Shown: positions 39,342-48,497 of the stretch, in pieces | How positions within the stretch are numbered: position 1 is the first letter of the stretch | How the letters are laid out: the number at the start of each line of letters is the position of its first letter | IMG/VR virus record: IMGVR_UViG_3300024505_000864 | DNA length: 64,000 bases | Source: an uncultured virus (IMG/VR IMGVR_UViG_3300024505_000864) | Lineage: Duplodnaviria > Heunggongvirae > Uroviricota > Caudoviricetes | Strand: one strand, 5' to 3' | Notes under the pieces: generated by a model | Databases searched by the model: none | The model's input: the letters and a program-made list of their open reading frames with translations, nothing else | What the model was told of the DNA's origin: nothing | Position numbers and translations under genes: made by a program

Positions 39342-39784
39342 AAAATTATATTCAAGGAAGATATTCACCAAAACTACCAGAAAAATATAATGGAAATCCA
39401 TGTGAAATATATTATAGAAGTTCATATGAACTCAAAATGTTTCAATATTGTGATTTAAATGAAAATATAATTTATTGGGAAAGTGAAGAAAAAATCATTC
39501 ATTATCTTGATCCAATTACTGGAAAATATAAAAGATACTTTCCAGATATATTCATCAAATATAAAGATAAAACTGGAAATATAAGAAAAGCACTTATTGA
39601 AATAAAACCAGCTAAAGATTTAATAGAACCTGAAAAAAATCCAAAAAGAAAAACCAAATCATGGGTATATAAAGTTCAAACGTGGGTGAGGAACAATGCA
39701 AAATGGGAAGCAGCTAAAAAAACATGTGAGCAAAATGGTTGGGAATTTCGTGTATTTACTGAAAAAGAATTAGGAATAAAATAA
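39338..39784 (+). CDS. gp4: Head completion nuclease gp4
   Basis: YRSSYE, WESEE, RYFPD, IEIKP, NNAKWEAA, TEKELG. Confidence 0.9.
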   Translation: MKNYIQGRYSPKLPEKYNGNPCEIYYRSSYELKMFQYCDLNENIIYWESEEKIIHYLDPITGKYKRYFPDIFIKYKDKTGNIRKALIEIKPAKDLIEPEKNPKRKTKSWVYKVQTWVRNNAKWEAAKKTCEQNGWEFRVFTEKELGIK

Positions 39785-40299
39785 TGATCTCAGAAGATAT
39801 AACAAAAAGAACTGGTGGAAAATATCAAAGTGGAAATTGGTGGACCAATGCACTTATGAATGAATTGAGTTCATATCAAAAAAAGAATATAAATGAGTTA
39901 GATACCTATTTTATATCACCGGGAGATCTAGTATTCTTCTTATATTCTGCACAATATCCACAAAAATATCAATTCTGGGATCAACATCCATTAGTCTATG
40001 TGATTGAAGTAAATCCAAGAAAAGGTTTATTTTTAGGATCAAATGTTCACTACTTAAGTCCAGCATACAGAGGTGCTGTCACTAAATCTTATCTAAATAA
40101 AAAAGGAACTGTAAATGCACCCAGAAAAACATTAAAGAATTACCTTTTTGGTAATGTAGTTACTGATTTCTATAAAGTTCCCGAAGAAGATTGGGAGGGT
40201 GTTTCATTATTACCAACTGAAAGTTTTGTTGATAAAAAAGGACAAAAAGTTCCCAAATATAAAGTTTGGGATTATCCAGATTCACTTTCTTCCCCATAA
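39784..40299 (+). CDS. gp2: DNA end protector gp2-like
   Basis: FLYSA, WDQHPLV, GSNVHYL, LLPTESF. Confidence 0.7.
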   Translation: MISEDITKRTGGKYQSGNWWTNALMNELSSYQKKNINELDTYFISPGDLVFFLYSAQYPQKYQFWDQHPLVYVIEVNPRKGLFLGSNVHYLSPAYRGAVTKSYLNKKGTVNAPRKTLKNYLFGNVVTDFYKVPEEDWEGVSLLPTESFVDKKGQKVPKYKVWDYPDSLSSP

Positions 40300-41771
40300 T
40301 GGCATATCAATATCTAAATGACAATCGATATAGATGTGAAACATGTGGTCCACTTGGACTTCAACTTGCATTGCAATATGACCCCAAAACTGGAGACTAT
40401 AGGTTAGTAGAAAAAAATCTATTGGGAACTGGGTCAGCAGTATTCTATCAGAATGGTGTATGGTACTCTGATGCAATAAGAGATCCAAAATTATTTGAGG
40501 ATGGGGATCCAAATAAACCAACAGCATTATCTAGACAACTAAGTGAAAATCTTAGAAAAGAAGTGTATTCTGCATATCAAGCTTATGGTGGACAAAATAA
40601 AGGAAATAAAGTAAACAACTCTGCATTACCACAAAATCAAAAAGCAGATCCTGGAGTAACAAATGCATATCCTGGAACTTCACCTACAGTCCCAGGTCCA
40701 CTTTCTGCTCCACCTGGACAAGGAAATTTATTAGATCCAGGATTGTCTATAGATGTTACAGAATATTTTGGTGGTGATAATTTAAAAACTATAGTAAAAG
40801 ATAAAGCAAATTTATTATATCCATTAGATATTTTAAAGACACAACAAGATACACTTCAAATCACACAATTTACATATAAAGCACCAAGGGGTGAAACATT
40901 TTTAACTAATAAACCAATAGATACTTTAACTCAAGGAGTTCAAAGGAATTCTGCGTTAAGAGATCTAATTGGTACTGTAGTATTACCAATACCAAATAAT
41001 GCTATGGATAGTAATAACGTGAGTTGGGGTTCTGATCATATGAACAATCTTACTGCTGCAGTTACTGCTTCATATATTCAAAATCCAGGTGCAGCTTTAA
41101 CTGGAACAATGGCAGCACAAATTCCACAACTTGCCGGATTACCAATTCCACCTGCAGCACTAGCACAAATAGGTGCCATTATGGGTGCAGGTGGACTTCA
41201 AGCATTAAATAATCCTCAAGCAAAAACTGCATTATTATCATTATTATTAAACCAAGCAAACTTCCAAGTTTCTCCAGAGAGTATTCTTGCAAGAGGATTT
41301 GGTGTTATTCCAAACTCAAATCTTGAATTATTATTCAATAGTCCAACTATAAGACAATTTTCGTTTGCTTATAGATTAAGTCCAAGAAGTGAAGAGGAAT
41401 CTAGGAATGTTAGAAAAATTATTAGATTTTTCAAGCAAGGAATGGCACCTAGAAAAATAACATCTCAAGCAGGAGGAAACTCCCTTTTACTAGGAACTCC
41501 AAATGTATTTAAATTACAATATAAAACTGTTGGAGATCAAGAAATTGAAGGTATGAATAAATTTAAAATATGTGCTTTAGTAGGATACTCAGTAAATTAT
41601 AGTCCAGATGGACAATGGGCAGCATATGATAAAGGACAACCAGTGTCTGTAACTATGAACATGCAGTTTGAAGAGTTGGAACCAATTTACAATACCGATT
41701 ATCAAGAAAGTGGACCACTGATCACCAGTGGAGATCAATCAAAAGTAGGTCCAAACGACGTAGGATACTGA
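40299..41771 (+). CDS. gp48: Baseplate tail tube cap gp48
   Basis: LPIPNN, NSNLELLFNSPTIRQFSFAYRLSPRS, IIRFFKQGMAP, FEELEPIY; start reassigned to MAYQY. Confidence 0.85.
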   Translation: MAYQYLNDNRYRCETCGPLGLQLALQYDPKTGDYRLVEKNLLGTGSAVFYQNGVWYSDAIRDPKLFEDGDPNKPTALSRQLSENLRKEVYSAYQAYGGQNKGNKVNNSALPQNQKADPGVTNAYPGTSPTVPGPLSAPPGQGNLLDPGLSIDVTEYFGGDNLKTIVKDKANLLYPLDILKTQQDTLQITQFTYKAPRGETFLTNKPIDTLTQGVQRNSALRDLIGTVVLPIPNNAMDSNNVSWGSDHMNNLTAAVTASYIQNPGAALTGTMAAQIPQLAGLPIPPAALAQIGAIMGAGGLQALNNPQAKTALLSLLLNQANFQVSPESILARGFGVIPNSNLELLFNSPTIRQFSFAYRLSPRSEEESRNVRKIIRFFKQGMAPRKITSQAGGNSLLLGTPNVFKLQYKTVGDQEIEGMNKFKICALVGYSVNYSPDGQWAAYDKGQPVSVTMNMQFEELEPIYNTDYQESGPLITSGDQSKVGPNDVGY

Positions 41772-41772
41772 T

Positions 41773-42609
41773 ATGGCATACTTTAACGAACTACCAAATT
41801 TACAATACGTTTCAAGATTTCCAAATCAATCTTCAAACGAAGATGTTACTCTGACAAAAAATCTTTTTAAAAGAGCAAAACTTCGTGAAGATATTGCCAA
41901 TGTAGCAACTGCTTTCGATTATTATCAAATAAAAGGAAATGAAAGAGCAGATCAAATAGCAGAAAGAGTTTATGGTGATTCCGAATTAGATTGGGTAATA
42001 TTAATTACAAACAATATCACAAATGTTCAAGATCAATGGCCTTTAGATGATGTAAGTTTCAGGAAACATCTTTTAGAAAAATATGGTTCTGAAGACAATT
42101 TATATAAAAGAAAGCATTATGAAACTATTGAAAGTCGTGATGAATATAATCGTGTAGTAGTTCCTGGAGGACTAGTCGTAGATGATGATATTAGTCAAGA
42201 ATTTAAAACTACGGAAGAAAAGACTACATATAATCTTACATCATTCCCAAACACTACTCAACCATTAACTGTAAGTATAAATTTAAATCAAAAGATAAAA
42301 GTTACAAGTAGAGGAAATAAAACTAGTGATGTAATTATTGATGATATTAACATCACAACTTCAGTAATTTATGTAAGAGGTAAAGATAGAATTAGTAAAA
42401 GATCTGTAGTATTCCCAAATACTTTAAATGAATGGCCTAGAAGTTGGGGTGGTTCATTATCAATTAAACAAAGAAATGGAAATCAAATAAAAATTGATGT
42501 AGATGATATGATTGGAACTAAGGACATAAATATAGATACTCGATTATATGAAATTGTAGGAGAAGAATCTCCTACAGGTGGCATCACACCAGCATTCAGA
42601 TTTAAATAA
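41773..42609 (+). CDS. gp53: Baseplate wedge gp53, N-terminal part
   Basis: YFNELPN, KNLFKR, ERADQIAERVYGDSELDWVILITNNI, QWPL, HYET. Confidence 0.85.
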   Translation: MAYFNELPNLQYVSRFPNQSSNEDVTLTKNLFKRAKLREDIANVATAFDYYQIKGNERADQIAERVYGDSELDWVILITNNITNVQDQWPLDDVSFRKHLLEKYGSEDNLYKRKHYETIESRDEYNRVVVPGGLVVDDDISQEFKTTEEKTTYNLTSFPNTTQPLTVSINLNQKIKVTSRGNKTSDVIIDDINITTSVIYVRGKDRISKRSVVFPNTLNEWPRSWGGSLSIKQRNGNQIKIDVDDMIGTKDINIDTRLYEIVGEESPTGGITPAFRFK

Positions 42610-42611
42610 AA

Positions 42612-42899
42612 ATGTCAACTCCATTACCAGGACTAACGATTAAAATTACATCTGAAACAGAATTAGAATATTTGAATACACAATATCAAATTATTCAAAT
42701 TAGAAATCAAATTAAAGAAGTTACTAATTATGAATATGAATTAAGAGAAAGAGAAAATAAAAGACAAATTTTAATTTTAAAACCTGAATATCTATCAGTA
42801 ATGCTAAGTGATATGAGAAACATTATGAAGTATGGTCCATCATCTCAATACATAGATGATAAAACTAAAAAAGTATATAATCCTAAATTAAAAAGTTAA
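42612..42899 (+). CDS. gp53: Baseplate wedge gp53, C-terminal part (separate ORF)
   Basis: VTNYEYE...NKRQILILKPEYL...MKY..SSQY is the usual gp53 C-terminus. Confidence 0.7.
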   Translation: MSTPLPGLTIKITSETELEYLNTQYQIIQIRNQIKEVTNYEYELRERENKRQILILKPEYLSVMLSDMRNIMKYGPSSQYIDDKTKKVYNPKLKS

Positions 42900-42900
42900 A

Positions 42901-42926
42901 AAAAGACCCCCAACTGGGGGTCTTTT
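42901..42926. terminator. Bidirectional terminator between convergent genes
   Basis: AAAAGACCCCC-AACT-GGGGGTCTTTT. Confidence 0.85.
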
Positions 42927-42933
42927 AATTTAA

Positions 42934-43863
42934 TCACATCTCAGCAAGTTTCGAGAAATAATCTAGTGCATTATCTTCATCCTCATCTTCATCATCTTCA
43001 ATGACAGTTGGTTTAGAAGATTTTGTTGGTGAAGATTTTTTCTCCATGAGTTTTTCATACTCATCTTCAACTTCATCTTCAACCTCAGGATCAATTTGCT
43101 TACGATTATTAGAACTCTTAAGTCCAAGAACCAGGTCTAGACGATTCTTCAAGTCATCATAAGATTTAAATTTCTCGGGATCAACAAAATCATTCAAGTT
43201 GTAGAGTGTATCATAAACTTTCTTAAGTTCATCATCATCTCCATCAAGAAACTCCGAGGGTGTAGAAAATTCAGATTTATCATAGTTCCAATAACCATCA
43301 ACCTTACAGATCTTCAGTTTAAAATCTGCACCTGACCAGAAATCAAATGGGTTGATTGCTTCTTCATCTTGAAACTTAGGACGAAGTGCGGCATCAATCT
43401 TTTCAAAGATTTTTTTACCGTACTTAAAGATTTTAACCTTACCTTCATTTTCAGGATTAGCAGGATCTTTAATGATATAAACGTTAGAGTAATAAGAAAG
43501 TTTCCTCTTACGATCCCTTACAATGTTCTGTTTTTCTTTGCTACCAGTATTCCAGTCTTCCCTATTATGATCACAGACTGGACATTTACGACTAAGTGTA
43601 GTTGGACAATTATCAATTAACCATTGTCCACTAGGACCCTGGAAAGCATGATTGAATACTTGCACATACTCATCATCCCAATCACCCCCAGCAGGCATAA
43701 AACGAATTACTGCATACCCTGTGCCACTCTTATCCATGGAAGGTTTCCAAAACCTTTCATCATCAGATCCCCCACCACCATCATTAAGCTTTTCAACTTG
43801 TTTAATGAGTTTCTCAGTAAGAGAACCCATTTTAGATTGCTTTTTAAGATTAGCAAAGCTCAT
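42934..43863 (-). CDS. gp32: Single-stranded DNA-binding protein gp32
   Basis: MSFANLKK, DERFWKP, GYAVIRF, HAFQGP, YGKKIF, NPFDFW, acidic tail; GAGG RBS before the reassigned start. Confidence 0.95.
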   Translation of the reverse strand: MSFANLKKQSKMGSLTEKLIKQVEKLNDGGGGSDDERFWKPSMDKSGTGYAVIRFMPAGGDWDDEYVQVFNHAFQGPSGQWLIDNCPTTLSRKCPVCDHNREDWNTGSKEKQNIVRDRKRKLSYYSNVYIIKDPANPENEGKVKIFKYGKKIFEKIDAALRPKFQDEEAINPFDFWSGADFKLKICKVDGYWNYDKSEFSTPSEFLDGDDDELKKVYDTLYNLNDFVDPEKFKSYDDLKNRLDLVLGLKSSNNRKQIDPEVEDEVEDEYEKLMEKKSSPTKSSKPTVIEDDEDEDEDNALDYFSKLAEM

Positions 43864-43939
43864 TGTTTTACCTCGTATTAAGTGTATTTGGCCTTTTTGA
43901 CTTAGCTTGGATGCGGATTGTCTAGCCGCAATCATCATA

Positions 43940-44272
43940 TCACAGTTCCAATCCTTCTTCAAGTTTATTGATGGTCCCCTGAAGAAGCTCGAAAAATTCG
44001 TCCATCCCCTGTCCCTCTAGTAAACCAAACATTCGTGCAGATTGCAAGATTTTATCTCGGGTCTCTTTAGCCTCGGGATCATCAGAAAGAGACATTCTAA
44101 AGAAAAGCAATTTTTGCTTCTCAAGAAAATCTTTCATCAATTGAAGATGTCCTCTCTTCTGTTCCTTTGCCATATAAGGAAGATATAAAACTTGCCGAAC
44201 CAATTCCTTTTGCATTTCAGCAAGTTCATTAAGTGTTTCTCTCACTATTTCTGAACTAAAAAAATCACTCAC
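43940..44272 (-). CDS. DUF1825-like conserved cyanophage protein
   Basis: FFSSEIVR...LEKQKLLFFRMSLSDDPEA. Confidence 0.7.
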   Translation of the reverse strand: MSDFFSSEIVRETLNELAEMQKELVRQVLYLPYMAKEQKRGHLQLMKDFLEKQKLLFFRMSLSDDPEAKETRDKILQSARMFGLLEGQGMDEFFELLQGTINKLEEGLEL

Positions 44273-44858
44273 AAATGGTCTCCTTCAAAATCTTTGAATA
44301 CTTCTTAATATCTATATTTAGAAATGGTTTATACTTTTTAATTTTCATTCCCAAAACATCCCAAACTGGATCGTCTAAAATCTTATCGTAGTTATCTACG
44401 TAATTTAAAATATAATCAAGTATTACTAAAGTTTCAATAGATAATGCACCTTGCAAGTGTTTTTTAATTAAATCTGAATGGACTCCATTTTTACAAAGAA
44501 AAAATTCATTAAAATTTTCTTTGTGAATAAAAACTGAAGATTCAGTTTGAAATGCGTAAGACATACTTTGCATTCTTTTTTTCCATTGCAAATATACTTC
44601 TTCTCCGTTTCTTATTATTTCAGAAATGTATACTTGCTGCGGATTGTCACAATTAACAAAATTGGATACAAAAAAATCTCTTATGTCTTGTTCTGATTTT
44701 TTTCTAGATAACCTTTCAAAAAAATACTTGTCTGTCCTTTTATTGAAAGATTCTACAGAAGCTCTAGACTTACCACAATACTTAAAGTAATCATATGTAT
44801 CTTTAGTAAAATGATTTTTTAATGCTAAAAATAATTTATAAACTTCAAAAGGTGTCAC
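44265..44858 (-). CDS. gp59: Helicase loader gp59
   Basis: YKLFLALKNHFT..YDYFKY, FFVSNF, SIETLVIL, KKYKPFL. Confidence 0.9.
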   Translation of the reverse strand: MTPFEVYKLFLALKNHFTKDTYDYFKYCGKSRASVESFNKRTDKYFFERLSRKKSEQDIRDFFVSNFVNCDNPQQVYISEIIRNGEEVYLQWKKRMQSMSYAFQTESSVFIHKENFNEFFLCKNGVHSDLIKKHLQGALSIETLVILDYILNYVDNYDKILDDPVWDVLGMKIKKYKPFLNIDIKKYSKILKETICE

Positions 44859-44859
44859 A

Positions 44860-45120
44860 TCAAATTACCATTTTAGTTTTTGTAGTTTTTTTCAAGAAAT
44901 TTAATTGAGTTGCATTGTGTCTAAGTTTTTCTTTTAATGGTTTAGAAATTAATTTAGGAATTGTTTCTATCTCAATATTGTTTTGCTCGCAATAATTTAT
45001 AATTCCTTCAATGTAATCGCAATTATTTTCATGGACATATTTTTCAATGTCCAGTGCAAACTTTTCAGGAGATAAAAATTTTGTTTTTATAATTTCATCT
45101 ACAGTAGTTGTATTGATCAT
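44860..45120 (-). CDS. gp33: Late transcription co-activator gp33
   Basis: YIEGIINYCEQNNIE..KLISKPLKEKL...LNFLK. Confidence 0.9.
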   Translation of the reverse strand: MINTTTVDEIIKTKFLSPEKFALDIEKYVHENNCDYIEGIINYCEQNNIEIETIPKLISKPLKEKLRHNATQLNFLKKTTKTKMVI

Positions 45121-45788
45121 TTTGTATTTTCTTTTACGAAATGTTTGATGTATCTTACCAGAAGTTTGATGTATTTTGCAAGGTCTCTCTCCTCATAAAC
45201 TACAAGTTCTCCATTTTCACAAGCCATAATTATAACTAATTTTTTTGCTTGAATGCCTGTGAGTTCATAAAGCATACATGCATATGCAGTTGCTTGTACA
45301 AAATAGTTTTCAATCCACTCACGAGGTTTTGGTTTTTTAGAAGACTTGTAATCTATAATAGAAATTTCACCGTCGAATTCTGCTATTGTATCAGCAGTTC
45401 CTGCAATACCAAGATATTTACTATAAAGACCTATTTCAATTCCATAGATCTTTCCAATTCTATCCAGAGCAGGTTTTATGATATTGAACAAATTAGTTGC
45501 AATTTCTGTGGTGTCTTTAGGCAAATCCTCATTTGAAATATAATGTTCAACTAAGGTGTGCATATCAGTTCCACGAGTAGTTGCTGCTTTTGTAATGCGA
45601 TCAGCTTCAGCATTTCCTACTCGTCTTCTCCAATTTTCAAAAATCAAACGATTATAGAAACTAGTAACAGATGTAATAGAAACTAAACGAAGAAGATCAT
45701 CTTCGTCTGGAACTTTATAATATCTAACTCCATCAATCATCTCCCTCTCTAATGGAAGGAGATCTAATTTAACATGTTCAAATTTCAC
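45117..45788 (-). CDS. PD-(D/E)XK exonuclease (Cas4-like phage exonuclease)
   Basis: SITSV, RGTDMH, AGTAD, IIDYKSS, YFVQATAY. Confidence 0.85.
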   Translation of the reverse strand: MKFEHVKLDLLPLEREMIDGVRYYKVPDEDDLLRLVSITSVTSFYNRLIFENWRRRVGNAEADRITKAATTRGTDMHTLVEHYISNEDLPKDTTEIATNLFNIIKPALDRIGKIYGIEIGLYSKYLGIAGTADTIAEFDGEISIIDYKSSKKPKPREWIENYFVQATAYACMLYELTGIQAKKLVIIMACENGELVVYEERDLAKYIKLLVRYIKHFVKENTK

Positions 45789-46546
45789 AATCCAAGTTCT
45801 CTTTTTGCTAAAATAAATTCTTTCACTAGACCGGAACGTACAATATCTTCTACTCCGAATTCAACAATATCCACTGATGGCATAATTTGCAAAACTCGAA
45901 TAAAATCGTGGATTCCGTTCTTTTCGTTTGTTTTAATTAAATCACTTTGCTCAGCATCACCACTAAACATAATCTTACAGTTTTCACCAACTCTAGTAAT
46001 TAGTGAAGACAATTCATGGAAATTACAGTTTTGCATCTCATCAATAATAAGAATGCAATTATCAAAAGTAGTTCCACGTAAGAATGATGTGCTCCAAAAA
46101 CTGATAGTCTCTTGTGCTTTCAAATTTCCATAAAGCATTTCAAAATCTGCTTCAGATGGAAGTTGGAACATGTATTTTACCATATTCTTATATGGTATTT
46201 CAAACAATTCGGATTTATCTTCATGCGATCCTGGAAGAAATCCGATTTCACGAGTTTGAACCAGAGATCTTATGATATAAATTTTATCATAAGATGAAAC
46301 TTCATTTAAAACTTCTCTTAGTGCTTTGTAAAGAAGAACAAATGTTTTTCCACTACCAGGAACACCATGTGCAACTATATGTTTACCCTCATCGTAAGAA
46401 GAAAATAATCTTTTTTGATTATCAGTCAATGGTTCAATATCTAAAAGCAAATCCAAATTAATTGGTTTTTTTCTTTTCATTTGCTTTGCAGTCATACCAG
46501 ATCCGATTCCAGTATAATCACCACTAGTTCTTTTTCTTCTTGCCAT
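45785..46546 (-). CDS. phoH: PhoH family ATPase
   Basis: GVPGSGKT, REIGFLPG, STSFLRGTT, IIDEMQN, GDAEQSDL, DIVRSGLV; start reassigned to MARRKR. Confidence 0.95.
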   Translation of the reverse strand: MARRKRTSGDYTGIGSGMTAKQMKRKKPINLDLLLDIEPLTDNQKRLFSSYDEGKHIVAHGVPGSGKTFVLLYKALREVLNEVSSYDKIYIIRSLVQTREIGFLPGSHEDKSELFEIPYKNMVKYMFQLPSEADFEMLYGNLKAQETISFWSTSFLRGTTFDNCILIIDEMQNCNFHELSSLITRVGENCKIMFSGDAEQSDLIKTNEKNGIHDFIRVLQIMPSVDIVEFGVEDIVRSGLVKEFILAKRELGL

Positions 46547-46553
46547 AAAATTT

Positions 46554-46805
46554 TTATCCAATTGGTTTTACTTTTGATCCAGGAACCTGAGAAACTTTAC
46601 TTAGAACATCATTCCATCCAGGTTTGGATTTAACTAATTTATCTTTCCATTCTCCAACTTCACCTGGAGTTGCACATCCTTCAGACCAATCCCTCTTCCA
46701 TTCAGGATTCTCTGAATACCATTGCATAATATCATTGACACTCATCTCAATGACTTTTTTTTCACCTGTTTCTTTATGAATTATTGGATAAATTGCCAAA
46801 TTCAT
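46554..46805 (-). CDS. Conserved hypothetical protein
   Basis: YPIIHKETGE...WYSENPEW...GWNDVLSKV..PGS. Confidence 0.7.
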   Translation of the reverse strand: MNLAIYPIIHKETGEKKVIEMSVNDIMQWYSENPEWKRDWSEGCATPGEVGEWKDKLVKSKPGWNDVLSKVSQVPGSKVKPIG

Positions 46806-46828
46806 TCCTCCATAGTACGTAAGGATAT

Positions 46829-46987
46829 TTATTCAATGCAAATGGATGGTGCATCATCACATTCAACACAATTTATGCACTCATCCATATCTGGATTTTC
46901 TTTAAGAAATCCTTGAAATTCTTCTTTGGTCATAAGAATTTTAAAAACATGACCAGTAAGAGTATCTTTAATACAATAAGATTTCAT
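46829..46987 (-). CDS. Small hypothetical protein (52 aa)
   Basis: Read by hand: MKSYCIKDTLTGHVFKILMTKEEFQGFLKENPDMDECINCVECDDAPSICIE. Confidence 0.55.
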   Translation of the reverse strand: MKSYCIKDTLTGHVFKILMTKEEFQGFLKENPDMDECINCVECDDAPSICIE

Positions 46988-47012
46988 ATGATTTAATTCA
47001 AATAAACTTTAT

Positions 47013-47765
47013 TTATGGAGAAAGTCTTGCTTTATGAAGTCTCTTTTCTTCATAATAATCCCATACATTAGGTGCCCATCTTTTAAGAATAGGTGCAATT
47101 TGTTCAGTAAGTGCTTGAATCTCAAGTTGAGCATCTAGTTTTGCTCTAAGATCCATTAGGTGAAGAGCAGATCTGAGATTAAATGATACTACAAAATTTT
47201 GTCGGATTGCTTGTGCAAGATAATCACGAATGTGCTCTTCGCACATACCCTTTTCATACTTTACAGCATACCTTTTACAACCCTCTAAAATCCAATTAAG
47301 TTCATCATGATAATCTTCTTCTGTCCAATCATATTTTTTACCATAACGATTTACATAAAACCCAGGAGGACGAACGTAAAAAACATCTTCAGTATTAAGT
47401 TCCCCACTTGCAACTTTTACAACTCTTTTTCCAGTATAACGTTGTGATTGAACATCAAAACTTACTCCCACTCTGTGAGTCCTTGCTTGCATCGCAACGT
47501 TATGGACATACCCAGAGACCGAAACGGTAATGCCAGGGTGCTCCAGAGGTCCCCAGTGACCCTTATCATTCGATAGGAGACGTTCTACAATCCATTTGCC
47601 ACACCCAGATGAATTTGGAATGTCTTGAGTATGAATAGGTGTCTCAGAGTAATCACACTTTGCTGCCTGATAAATGACTTGTTCTGGAATTGGATAGCAT
47701 TGTAGCATTACTACTTCCAAATTTTTATCAAGTTCAAGAAGATCTTTTGCTTTAATTGGTTTCAT
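47013..47765 (-). CDS. thyX: Flavin-dependent thymidylate synthase
   Basis: GHWGPLEH, QARTHRVGVSFDVQSQRY, NLRSALHLMDLR..DAQLEI. Confidence 0.9.
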   Translation of the reverse strand: MKPIKAKDLLELDKNLEVVMLQCYPIPEQVIYQAAKCDYSETPIHTQDIPNSSGCGKWIVERLLSNDKGHWGPLEHPGITVSVSGYVHNVAMQARTHRVGVSFDVQSQRYTGKRVVKVASGELNTEDVFYVRPPGFYVNRYGKKYDWTEEDYHDELNWILEGCKRYAVKYEKGMCEEHIRDYLAQAIRQNFVVSFNLRSALHLMDLRAKLDAQLEIQALTEQIAPILKRWAPNVWDYYEEKRLHKARLSP

Positions 47766-47923
47766 TTTGTTCCAAATCCTTTACTAGTTTTTTTCTTATT
47801 TTCTTTCAGAAGACTTTCAATATTAATCATTTCCTTTTTCATGTACGAAAGTTCTTCATCACTATAAAGATGATCTTGCTTCAATGCTTTTTTGATCATC
47901 TTCAATATTGCCTTTTCTCTCAT
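47762..47923 (-). CDS. Small hypothetical protein (53 aa)
   Basis: Read by hand: MREKAILKMIKKALKQDHLYSDEELSYMKK...SKGFGTK. Confidence 0.6.
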   Translation of the reverse strand: MREKAILKMIKKALKQDHLYSDEELSYMKKEMINIESLLKENKKKTSKGFGTK

Positions 47924-47929
47924 TTTTAA

Positions 47930-48082
47930 TTACTCATCGAAGATTTCATCATAGTCCATAATAGAAGAATCTACAACATAATTATCTTTTACAGTTGTTT
48001 TATCTTCAATCATTTCAAGTTTTAATTGGTTAAGTAACAACTCCATATTTTTTATAATGAGTTTTATACGTTCTTTATCCAT
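47930..48082 (-). CDS. Small hypothetical protein (50 aa)
   Basis: Read by hand: MDKERIKLIIKNMELLLNQLKLE...DYDEIFDE. Confidence 0.6.
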   Translation of the reverse strand: MDKERIKLIIKNMELLLNQLKLEMIEDKTTVKDNYVVDSSIMDYDEIFDE

Positions 48083-48099
48083 AAATAAATGTTTTTTTA

Positions 48100-48137
48100 A
48101 TTTTACATAAAAAAAGGGGGGAAGTCAAGTCCCCCTT
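48100..48137 (-). terminator. Terminator hairpin overlapping a sigma70 promoter
   Basis: GGGGGA-CTTGACT-TCCCCC plus T-run; TTGACT(48123-48128)-N17-TAAAAT(48100-48105). Confidence 0.7.
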
Positions 48138-48141
48138 CATA

Positions 48142-48243
48142 TTATTTTGCTGCTAACAAAGTAGCAAGAGATGCTTGATGACGACGTTCTTCTTTTTGTT
48201 TTTGTTCTTTAATCAATTGAAGTACATTAATAGTTTTAATCAT
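48142..48243 (-). CDS. 33-aa helical peptide, coupled (ATGA overlap) to the DUF4278 peptide
   Basis: MIKTINVLQLIKEQKQKEERRHQASLATLLAAK; GGAGG RBS upstream. Confidence 0.65.
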   Translation of the reverse strand: MIKTINVLQLIKEQKQKEERRHQASLATLLAAK

Positions 48244-48377
48244 TTATGTCCCTCCTTTACAAACTTAACCCCACGATAGGTCTCGTTGTATTGTTGAGGT
48301 TGTTGCATCATTTGTTGTTGATACTCAAGACGTTTTTGGGTATCATACTCGACACCACGATAAACTACTTTAGACAT
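48240..48377 (-). CDS. DUF4278/YRG-motif peptide (45 aa)
   Basis: MSKVVYRGVEYDTQKRLEYQQQMMQQPQQYNETYRGVKFVKEGHK; two YRG motifs; AAGGAG RBS. Confidence 0.85.
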   Translation of the reverse strand: MSKVVYRGVEYDTQKRLEYQQQMMQQPQQYNETYRGVKFVKEGHK

Positions 48378-48411
48378 TAGGGTTGCTCCTTTACTTTTTA
48401 AGGTTAGGTGG

Positions 48412-48453
48412 CGTTCCTTCCGTCGGCTTTTGCGTCCCTTAGTAGGATGAACG
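48412..48453 (-). ncRNA. Glutamine riboswitch-like aptamer 2 (glnA/Downstream-peptide family)
   Basis: CGUUCA-UCCU-ACUA-AGGGA-CGCAAAAGCCGACGGAAG-GAACG; P1 CGUUC/GAACG; upstream of the YRG peptide. Confidence 0.8.
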
Positions 48454-48497
48454 ACCTACTCTTTTTCCACAATAGGTATAGAAAAACATAGGCATTC

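Noticed and set aside
42595..42615. Programmed frameshift joining the two gp53 parts
   Set aside because: TTTAAAT is not in the frame needed for a canonical slippery heptamer, and the -1 frame has a TAA just upstream of the second ATG
43864..43940. T4 gene 32-type autoregulatory pseudoknot
   Set aside because: Only short alternative stems (GATTG/CAATC, TGCGG/CCGCA); no convincing second helix
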